A program made the position numbers and the translations under genes. Positions 1 to 9,584 of a stretch of 64,000 nucleotides of DNA are shown one piece after another. Under the pieces are notes generated by a model that was not told the origin of the DNA, searched no databases, and saw only the letters and a list, made by a program, of their open reading frames with translations. Position 1 is the stretch's first letter; each line of letters opens with the position of its first letter. Where the stretch lies: contig NC_083283.1 in the NCBI RefSeq assembly GCF_963506605.1, forward strand, positions 83,452,001 through 83,516,000, read 5' to 3'. The DNA is from Zootoca vivipara (taxonomy: Eukaryota).

Positions 1-388
1 TTCCCAGTGTCCCCTCCTCAATTAAGTCTCCTTGTCTTCTCATTCTAAAATATACAAACATCAATAATATCTCAGTCAATAAAAAGTTAAGTAAAACCAT
101 AATTGCTTTTGGAAAATGACATAACAAGCCTTTTGGCAATGGGAATATCAATATCAGCTTGCTGGAGGGAGTGTAGTGGAAAGGGGTTACTTACTATCAG
201 AGAAATCCCTATGAAGTACCATGAACATACAAACACAAGTCTTGCTGACTAGATGTTTGGCTATCCTATGTGTCCATGCAGACCACGGTAGGTATTTGTA
301 GTGCACAAGATGCGTGAAAGAAAAAGAAAAATGAACCAGTTTGCTTCCAGTTTAAGAGCTTGTCTGTCTGAATGACTGGAGTGGACAC

Positions 389-536
389 CAGGGCCGGCTC
401 TAGGTAGACCCCCGGTGGCGCGGTGCACCAGGGCGCCGGCCGCGCGGAAACCATGCTGCGCCCTGCGAGGGCGGGGGCGCCGGAGCGATCTCCGCCCCTC
501 AGCGCCAGGGCTCGCGACCTGCTCAAGACTGCCCTG
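389..536. mobile_element. hAT-type MITE, CpG-rich
   Basis: Termini CAGGGC...GCCCTG; perfect 8-bp TSD GTGGACAC (381-388, 537-544). Confidence 0.85.
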
Positions 537-1178
537 GTGGACACTGACTTGTCATAGGCCATTAGTTTCTAGTGCTCACCAAGGCAGTAAACCTATGTCT
601 TGGCAGTACCAAGAGAGGCGGCTGCTCACATTTATACACTCATTTATTCATATACTAGCTGTCTATCCATCCATCCCAACGTTTGAAAATGTTATGCAGA
701 AATGAGATAAAAACAAAATACAACAGTCAAAGCTAAAACAATTAAGAATGCATCAAATCCATCCATAAACAGGAACCCACATACTGAAGTCTTGATCAAT
801 ATTGGTTGGGATCAATACTTCCACATAAAAACTAGATGAGAGGAATAAAATCGGGCAAATAACTGTCTACCATGCATGATTGTTTGCAATATGTAGGGAA
901 CTATGTTTTCATATAGAGGAGCATCCTGTTTTATGAGCCACTAGCAACAATCCGAAGTAACACAAATGAGGCAAAGATTGGTCACCTGTTGCATCAAGAT
1001 AAAGATTTGATGAAAGAAGATCCTTCACAGAAGGATCAGATACGCAGTGATGACTAAAAGAAGAGGGAGCTGAAAGAAATAAAAATAAGACTAACATAGT
1101 TCTGAATATAATGAGAAAGCAGAGGCAGAAAACAGAGGCAAAACAAAAAATCATGATAATCTAAAATTGTTTGCTCAC

Positions 1179-3581
1179 CTGGACTATGATTAAGCCTTCA
1201 TTGTTCAAGTTTAAATCTTCACCAGGTAGGATAGGATCATTTGCTTCACAAGCTTCTTTATTGCTCAGAGTATTGGAATAATTTGCCTTTCTAGAGTCTG
1301 TAGTAAGAGAAACCTCCTGGCAGTAGGAGTGCAGAAATGCTCGGACTCCGTCAATCCCCACAAACTGTGAGATGGGAGCCCCACTGAAATTCACACTCCC
1401 CGACTCAAGCAGCTGAGAATTTCTCCACCTGTGCAACTTGATGGCCCCTAACACAAGGAGGAAAGTGAAGAACAAGCAGGAGACAAAAGCCACTGCAAGG
1501 ACCAGGTAGAAGGTGAGGTCAGACGGAGGCTCTACAGGAGCTGAGATGCTGCTCAGGTCTGAGAGGATTGCAGGGATGGTGTCAGCCAGCACCACAGTCA
1601 GAGTGGCTGAAGCAGAGAGAGGCGGCTGCCCATTGTCCTTCACTAAAACCATCAGGCTTTGCTTGAGGGCATCTTTCTCCAGAAAGAAACGGGCCGTCCT
1701 GATCTCTCCCGTGTGGAGCCCCAGAGTGACGAGCCCTGGCTCAGTGGCCTTGATCAGCTGGTAGGAGAGCCAGGCATTCTGGCCAGAGTCCGCATCCACG
1801 GCCACCACCTTAGTGACCAGGTAGCCTGGCTCAGAGGAGCGAGGGGCCAGCTCTATCCCCGTGGAGCCGTCGGTGGGAGGGGAGGGGTACAGGATCTGGG
1901 GAGCATTGTCATTCTGGTCCAGGATGAAGAGAGTCACTGAGACGTTGGAGCTGAGTGGTGGAGAACCTCCATCCTGAGCCTTTACACGGAACCGAATGTC
2001 TTGAAACTCTTCATAATCAAAGGAGGTCAGAGCATATATAACCCCCGTCTCAGAGTTAATGGAGAGGTAGGAGGAGAGGCGGGAGTCACTTCTTTCGTCA
2101 TCAGTGATGGAATATGTTATTCTGGCATTTTCTTCCCAGTCTGGATCAATTGCTTTCAGGGAAAAGACTGATGCTCCTCTTGGATTGTTTTCTAGGAGAT
2201 AAGAAGTGTAGACTGACTGTAGAAAGACTGGGGGGTTGTCATTTGTGTCTAACAGCTGCAGTGAAATAATTGCAGAGGTTGATAATGCTGGAATCCCATT
2301 ATCAGTTGCTGTAACAATGATATCATAGGTTGCCACTTGTTCCCTGTCAAGGGCTCTGTCTGTCACTAAAGTGTAAAAATTGTCCATTGTTTTTTTAAGT
2401 TGGAAAGGAAGACTGTTGGAAATTGAGCATATAACCTCCCCATTGACTCCTGAATCTCTGTCTTGGACATTTAAAATGGCAATGACAGTTCCCGTTGGTG
2501 TGTTCTCAGGGACAGAGTTGAGTACAAAGGTGATTGCTATTTCAGGTGCATTGTCATTTAAGTCTGTTACAAAGATCACAACCTTTGATCTGTCACTTAG
2601 ACCACCACCATCAATGGCTTGCACCTCAAATTCATATAAGGATGATATTTCAAAGTCAAGGCTTCCTGCAAGGATAATGTCTCCTGTTGTTGAATTCAAT
2701 AGAAACATTTTAGAATTCTTCTCTGTGTTTTTTTCAAATGAATACTTTACCTCTCCATTTATCCCTTCATCTATATCGGTGGCTCTCACTGTAACGACTA
2801 CAGACCCTTTAGGAATATTCTCCTTCATGCTTGCTTCAAAGATTTGTTGTGTGAAAACCGGTGCATTGTCATTTGCATCTAGAACAATTACATGAATTTG
2901 AGCAGTACCAGACCTGACTGGATCACCCCCATCAGTAGCTGTGAGGATTAGATCATAATCTGGTTGCTCTTCCCTGTCCAGAAGTTTCTCCAGCACTAGC
3001 TCAGCATGTCTTGCCCCATTTTCTCCTGTCTCCACATGCAGAGAAAAATGGCTATTACCTGAAAGTTGATAATTTTGTATAGAATTTATCCCTAGATCTG
3101 GATCTTGAGCTTTGGGTAGAAAAAACCTGTCTCTGAGTGTAGCTGTCTCACTGATTTTCATTTTCCATTCCTTTGGTAGAAACCAAGGAGCATTGTCATT
3201 TATATCTGTAATTTCCACTTCAATTCCATAGAGTTTTAATTTGCTTTCAATAAAAACCTGCAACTTCAATATGCATTTGTCTGTCTCTCCACAGATTTCC
3301 TCTCTATCTATTCTTTCAGAAATCTGTAAATGGCCATTGTTGACATTCAAAGCAAAATACTGAACCATACCTACACTGGAAACAATGCGGAGTCCATGAT
3401 CTGAAAGCTGCTTCCCATCCATTCCCAGGTCCTTTGCAACATTCCCCACAAAAGAGCCTTTCTGCATCTCCTCAGGAATGGAATAGCGGATCTGCCCAGA
3501 AACTGCCTTCCAGATAGTCACCATGACAAGGCATTGCAGGATTCCTTTTTTGCATCTCCTGAGTCTGTGGGTTTCTTCCAT
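1179..3581 (-). CDS. PCDHGA: Protocadherin gammaA-like variable exon 1 (signal peptide, EC1-EC6, TM, variable cytoplasmic segment); member number not assignable
   Basis: 806-aa ORF with repeated DxNDNAP/LDRE/AxDGG cadherin motifs, TM segment and gammaA-type tail [21 protein letters not shown]; donor CAG|GTGAGC at 1179/1178, phase 0 (2403 bp). Confidence 0.95.
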
Positions 3582-3808
3582 GATCTTATACCAGGATAAA
3601 AAATGCTGGTTCTGTTCAAAAGCTCGAATGATTGGTTTCTGGTATTCCCTTTGTTCGGCTCCTAGTTCCAGTTCAAAATAGCCAATTTGTTTCTAAGCAA
3701 AACTTACTTCAGTTTTGCTTTCTGTACTGTCATGTCGTCTCAGTTATTGTGTGCTACACTGTGTAATAGCAAAGAATGTGAGGCTGGATCTTTTACTTTT
3801 TCCCCTTA

Positions 3809-3837
3809 TTGGTGAACAGCGACACCATGAGGCTCAA
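3809..3837 (-). promoter_or_regulatory. Pcdh promoter conserved sequence element (CSE, CGCT box, CTCF-type site) for exon 1
   Basis: TTGAGCCTCATGGTGTCGCTGTTCACC about 237 bp upstream of the ATG; the motif recurs upstream of all eight exons. Confidence 0.85.
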
Positions 3838-4286
3838 TACAAAACTGCAGAAGCCTTATTTTGGAATCCTAAATTTCTAATATGTGAAGTGAGAACATGT
3901 GTCTCCACTATGATAAAATGCAATAATTTCACCTGCTAGAATCACCCATAATTCTGTGATGCTTGTGCCTAGCCCTGCTTTGCATATAATACAGGAAGGA
4001 ATAAAGGTCACTCATACCTGTTTCCCTTTGTTTGTAACATGTGATACTCCCCTAGAATTTGGAGCGATAGTATTGCAGCAGCAGTAAATAAATTGTCTTC
4101 TTTTTCTATCATTTGCCCCCAAATATGTAAAGAAGAATTTGACAGGGTTCTTTTGGAAGAATAAATCAGGACTCTGTATACTATGGTGATTTACCTCAGA
4201 CTTTGCAGATATAATGATAGTCACTTCAACATTCCTGCCATGGAGTCAGTGTGTGTGCTTTTTTAAAAAAAATGGTTGGACAAGAT

Positions 4287-4421
4287 CAGGCACCCCTAAA
4301 CTGCGGACCTCCAGATGTTTTGGCCTACAACTCCCATGATCCCTAGCTTACAGGACCAGTGGTCAGGGATGATGGGAATTGTAGTCCAAAAATCTGGAGG
4401 GCCGAAGTTTGGGGATGCCTG
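4287..4421. mobile_element. Palindromic hAT MITE (same family as 23416 and 60690) nested in a CR1 3' end fragment (about 4273-4463)
   Basis: CAGGCA...TGCCTG termini; TSD GACAAGAT/GACTAGAT; host resembles the CR1 tail GGTTGGACTAGATGA...TTCAACTCTATAATTCTA. Confidence 0.85.
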
Positions 4422-4624
4422 GACTAGATGATTACTGAAGTCGCTTTCAACTCTATAATTCTAATATGTGAAGTGAGAACTCATGTGTCTCCACTATGAT
4501 AAAACGCAATAATTTCACCTGCTAGAATCACCCATCATTCTGTGATGCTTGTGCCTAGCCCTGCTTTGCATATTATACAGGAAGGAATAAATGTCACTCA
4601 TACCTGTTTCCCTTTGTTTCTAAC

Positions 4625-4625
<1 letters not shown>

Positions 4626-4665
<40 letters not shown>

Positions 4666-4801
4666 TATAATAAATTTTTATTTATACCCCGCCCTCCCCA
4701 GTCAAAACCGGGCTCAGGGCGGCTCACACCAATAAAATTACAATAAAACATAAAGAGCAATTAATTAGAATACAGATTAAAATACAATATTAAAATTTAA
4801 A
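4626..4801 (-). mobile_element. L2-type LINE/SINE 3' tail with (AAT)n
   Basis: (AAT)n next to TTTATTTATACCCCGCCCTCCCC...GGGCTCAGGGCGGCTCACA; absent from the first copy of the duplication. Confidence 0.7.
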
Positions 4802-6429
4802 TGTGATACTCCCCTCAATCCATCCTAGAATTTGGAGCGATAGTATTGCAGCAGCAGTAAATAAATTGTCTTCTTTTTCTATCATTTGCCCCCAAATATG
4901 TAAAGAAGAATTTGGCAGAGTTCTTTTGGAAGAATAAATCAGGACTCTGTACACTATGTTGATTTACCTCAGACTTTGCAGATAAAATGATAGTCACTTC
5001 AACATTCCTGCCATGGAGTCAGTGTGTGTGCTTTTTTTATTAAAAAAAAGTCTATTTTTGGGATATAGTCAATAATATTCAGCTTCAAGGCAGGATTAAT
5101 GCCTATTGGAATAAAAAGGCCTGCAGCAGGCCGTCAATGCCACCAGGAAGGCGGCCTAAAGAAGGACTTTTCACATCCCATGCATACCTGCCAAATATAT
5201 CTCAGATAGTGGTCCCCTGTGGCAGGGAAGCACATGGCAGCATGTCCACCAGAAGTATTGTAGTTGCCCCATCTAGACAAAATTATAAATTCAAGTGGTC
5301 AGGGAACCAGTACCGCTTCTCACCATTTTATGTCCCAATGCCTGCTCATTTCTCCTCAGCAAGGAAGCAGGGGAGGTGGTTCTGCCAGGCTGAGGGCCTG
5401 CTCTCCACCTTTCATCACTCTAGCTGCTGCCACCTCAGAAACCTGACAGTTTGCCTGCTTTGCAATTACACCAGGCGCCATCAGTGTTTTTTGGACCTGT
5501 GGTCACCTTTTTAATTCTGAGAGAGTGCTGTGGGTGCCAGTCACAAAATGGCTTCCATGGGTGCATGGCATAATACAAAATGGCTGCTGTGGGGAGCACG
5601 GCATACCACAAAATTAGAGTGAGCACGGTCATGGTGAAACTTTTCCCATAATTGTATTTCCATACTAGGAAAGGCTCATCCTCTTGAATTTCTGTCTGCC
5701 ATACATCTGTTAAAGGCACAATAACCCTGTTTCCCCCCCAATGCCAACCCTAAACCAAAGCCTAAGCTGTAGCCATTAAGTTCAAAGATATGTACTTCTG
5801 AGTAGGTATGTATACCATTATACTGTAAGTTAACTATACAATGAATTCTTAATGATTGGCAGGTCTTTAGCTTTTTCACAGCATAAGATATATCTAAGCC
5901 TCTTTGCAAAGTGTTCACATTTGCCTTTGGGTGAGTTTTTAACATCCTTCCACATTTACTGTGTTAATAATATCTAGAGAAAATAACTTCTAGGGATTAC
6001 TTCATCTCAGACAAACCCACCACAGAAACGACGCGTCCCAGTTTCTAGGAACAAACAGCTCATATTCATGGCATTTAATAACTTTTTTAAAAAATCATAT
6101 AATCAGGACAGTGCCCTCCAGCACTGCATATATACTGGTTGGTTTTTTTTTTGAGGCCTAGTAAGGGATTGAAGATGCTTGCTTAATTGTGAGGGCAGTA
6201 GAAAAAGTATTCAGGAAAGATAATATTTTCCTCAGAAGAATTGGGGGAGGAGCGCTGCCAGCACTTCTAAAACACTAAAGGCTGCCACAGATACACACAG
6301 GAGATCAAATAGAGTGAATAAGCATTCTCTAGAAGAGGCTCCACAGCAGAAATTATGGTTTATCTGTCAGAAAATAATTACCATATTTAGTGACAGGAAA
6401 GTTCTGGTAGATTTTCTCCAGGAATAGTT

Positions 6430-6958
6430 ACAGGTAGGTAGCCGTGTTGGTCTGACGCAGTCAAAATAAAAATAAAAAATCCTTCCAGTAGCACCTTAGA
6501 GACCAACTAAGTTTGTCATAGGTATGAGCTTTCGTGTGCATGCACACTTCTTCAGATACACTGGAACAGAAGTAACCAGACCCTTATGTATATTCAGAGG
6601 GTGGGGTGGGGGTGATGGGAATGGGTGATGGGCTGATAGGAGTGGTAAACCTGTTGATGGCTGTTAACAACTGTTAATGGCTGCAATTGGTCTTGCAGGA
6701 AAAAGCAAGGGCTGAGGTGCTAAAGAAAGCTTGATCATGTATAATGAGATAAGAATCCTATGTCTCTGTTCATACCAGGTCTCTCCATGGTTTTAAGCTT
6801 GGTAATGAGTTGCAATTCAGCAACTTCTCTTTCCAGTCTGTTTCTGAAATTTTTCTGTAATAAAACAGCTACTTTGAGATCTTGTATAGAATGTCCTGGG
6901 AGATTGAAGTGTTCTCCTACTGGTTTCTCTGTCTTGTGATTCCTGATGCCATATTTAT
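6430..6958 (-). mobile_element. Penelope-like element, 3' fragment (GIY-YIG endonuclease C-terminus)
   Basis: ORF 6735..7049 contains KPVGEHFNLPGHS...REVAELQLITKL..PGMNRD; flanked by an 8-bp direct repeat GAATAGTT (6422-6429, 6959-6966). Confidence 0.85.
6522..6559 (-). ncRNA. Minimal type I hammerhead ribozyme motif within the Penelope element
   Basis: GUAU-CUGAAGA-A-GUGUG(CAUG)CACAC-GAAA-GC-UC-AUAC: core boxes, stem II, stem I GUAU/AUAC and a short palindromic stem III (AGCU). Confidence 0.75.
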
Positions 6959-6998
6959 GAATAGTTTTGTATGTAGCAAAAAGCCAAGCGGTGTTTGG

Positions 6999-7179
6999 CA
7001 AGGCTGGCCCAGTACATTTTGGCACCTGAGACAGACCCCAGAATGGCACCCCCTCCCCACCAGGGAAGATGGGCTGAGTGAAGATCTACGTCAGGAACTG
7101 ACATCAGGACCTGCTGCCCTGGCGGACTCTGCTGCCTAATGTGGTCACCACACCTTACCTCATGGGTGGGCCGGCCCTG
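6999..7179. mobile_element. hAT-type MITE
   Basis: Termini CAAGGCTGGCCC...GGGCCGGCCCTG; TSD GTGTTTGG/GTGCTTGG. Confidence 0.75.
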
Positions 7180-7936
7180 GTGCTTGGCATTTCAAAGCCA
7201 TTACAAGGAACAGCTCTGTCTCTGCCTAGTCTTATGTGAGAGTCTTCCCTATCCACACACCTCCCTGTCTTTGATCTTATCCTTTTAGAGGTTTGGAAAG
7301 TGGTAGGTGCACTCATGGTCCGTCATATGGAAGATTCACTTTAATCCTTGCATATGGCAGTGCTTTCTTCTGCCAGGTTACATCTTTGTTAATCCTTATG
7401 CCCTACCCATCCTGGCAGAGAACATGAGAATCCACATGACATTTACTAATGGAAAAGACAGAAGATTCAGCCTAAAACTAATTGCAAAAATGCACTAAAT
7501 AATCTATCTTAATTCATATTCATAATGATATATTCATTTTTCTCGATTCGGCAGATGCTAGAATATCAGTCAGACAAGTACATAAGTATAACTCATGATT
7601 ATTCTTCCTATGAACACATGTCATTCCAAAATATACCTACATCTATATGGTAAATTGCAGCCTTCTGAGACCCAGTGATTTCTGGAGAAGGAACTTAAGC
7701 ATGTGGTTATCTCTCCTATGGATGGTGCCCGTAATATTGATGTTCATTAAAAAGTTGCATGGCATCAATTATATTTTTACATACCATAATATATATTTGG
7801 CAACGAGGAACAGAGAGTCGCTTTGCTACTGAGCAATATAGCAGTAAAGTTAAGAAATGTAATTGAGTAAAATAATTTGTCTGTGTTATAACACAAAACA
7901 CAAATACTGAAAATCAACAACTGCAGTGTTACTAAT

Positions 7937-8373
7937 TGTAAGCAACAGCAATGGCTAGCACACAGTCTGTGTGTAAATAGTGAGTTTTATTCCAAATAGA
8001 CAAAACAAAGGCAAGTAACCACAAGAAAGACTGCAACTTCCTGCTCAAGACCACTAGTTAATCAGATGATGACTCATCTAGCTCTCTAGCGTGAGTCCAC
8101 CTCCTTTTATTCCTACGCTCGAACAACGCCCTCTGCCTCTCTCTCTGTAATTGCCATTTCCTCTTATCCTGTAACCCTCCCCTCCTACGTTCCTGTAACT
8201 TTAAAGAACTAGGAACAGACTCGGACAAACTCTCTTCTGAGGTTTGAGTTATTTCTGCCATTTGCTCACCCCTCCCAGCCAGTTCCTTTATCAAAGCAAG
8301 CCTCCCTTCCAGTTCCGGGCTATCAGCCAAGTCCGACAGCTGAGCCTCATTAGTTATCGGCTCTAACCTAACA
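7937..8373 (-). repeat. 3' LTR
   Basis: Directly follows the PPT; matches 13068-13504. Confidence 0.95.
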
Positions 8374-9584
8374 TCATCCCCCCCTCTAGGGGCCTCCTCT
8401 CCTTCCTCCCGCCTCCGCACTTCCTTACTTGGGGCGTTATGAGATACCTCCCACCATTCTCCCTCTTCACTTCCCCAATAACTGCAACCCGGTTGCGACT
8501 CTTCTACTTCTTCCTCCTCTTCAAACCCACCATTCACTTCAGCTTCCCAGTCTGCCTGTTCTGCCTGCTCCTCTACCCAACCCCGGGGTTTGGGTTTATT
8601 AGGGTACCTATGGTGAAACTCTCTCTGCAGCCTAGATGCATGTATATCACTCGCATTCACCCATGAGTTCTCCTCTGGTCCGTACCCTTTCCAAGCCACC
8701 AAATACTGTACCCCCCTGCCCCTTCTACGAGAGTCCAATAGCTGAACCACTTCATATTCCGGTTCACCCTCCACCCAGATGGGCAAAGGTGGTGGCTCCT
8801 TCCTCTTCTGATACCGGTGTCTTGGCGTTACTGGCGATAAGAGTGACCGATGGAACACCGGATACATCTTCATTGAAGTCGGTAAACGTAACTTATATGA
8901 AACAGGATTTATTTGTTCCAACACTTCGAATGGCCCTACCCGTTGCGGCAGTAACTTCTTACAACGTCCCTTGCTCGGCCAATCTTTAGTGGATAGCCAA
9001 ACTTGGTCCCCTACCCTTATCTCCTTGCCCACTTGCCGGTGTTTATCAGCTTCTGCCTTATACAGAGCCTTCGCTTTTTCTAGCTGTTCTCGCAGAATAC
9101 TGTGCAACGCTTCCATTTCTTCTGCGAACTGTTCAGCTGCAGGCACTGCCAGTCCATCTCCCTGACCTGGAAACACCCGTGGATGTCGCCCATGGCAGGC
9201 AAAAAATGGCGTCTGCTGTGTAGAAGCATGCACAGCATTATTATAAGCAAACTCAGCCAACGCTAGTTTCCCAACCCAGTCATCCTGTTGATAATTCACG
9301 TAACAACGTAGGTACTGTTGCAACGTCGCGTTCGTCCGTTCGGCCTCTCCGTTTGTCTGAGGATGCCGAGCCGATGAGAGGCACACCTCCACCTTCAGCA
9401 ATTGCATCAGTCTCCTCCAAAACTGGGAGGTAAACTGCGTTCCCCTATCAGACACAATCTTCTGCGGCAATCCATGCAATTTGAACACATGTTCTATGAA
9501 GAGTTGCGCGGTCTCCTGTGCCGACGGTAATTTCTTGCAAGGAACAAAGTGTGCCATCTTGGAGAACAGATCTACTACCACCAA
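8058..9584 (-). CDS. pol: Pol part 2: integrase core, GPF, chromodomain and a C-terminal extension through U3
   Basis: VVVDLFSK, SDRG, QTNGEAER, GPF, EYEVVQLLDSR...YLVAWKGYGPEENSW. Confidence 0.88.
   Translation of the reverse strand: MVVVDLFSKMAHFVPCKKLPSAQETAQLFIEHVFKLHGLPQKIVSDRGTQFTSQFWRRLMQLLKVEVCLSSARHPQTNGEAERTNATLQQYLRCYVNYQQDDWVGKLALAEFAYNNAVHASTQQTPFFACHGRHPRVFPGQGDGLAVPAAEQFAEEMEALHSILREQLEKAKALYKAEADKHRQVGKEIRVGDQVWLSTKDWPSKGRCKKLLPQRVGPFEVLEQINPVSYKLRLPTSMKMYPVFHRSLLSPVTPRHRYQKRKEPPPLPIWVEGEPEYEVVQLLDSRRRGRGVQYLVAWKGYGPEENSWVNASDIHASRLQREFHHRYPNKPKPRGWVEEQAEQADWEAEVNGGFEEEEEVEESQPGCSYWGSEEGEWWEVSHNAPSKEVRRREEGEEAPRGGDDVRLEPITNEAQLSDLADSPELEGRLALIKELAGRGEQMAEITQTSEESLSESVPSSLKLQERRRGGLQDKRKWQLQRERQRALFERRNKRRWTHARELDESSSD

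Larger units (their letters stand above)
3875..5049. repeat. Direct duplication of about 395 bp (3875-4272 and 4459-5049) flanking a CR1 3' tail
   Basis: Near-identical copies (ORFs 4012..4224 and 4815..4997 match); the second copy is interrupted by a LINE tail at about 4626-4801. Confidence 0.9.
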
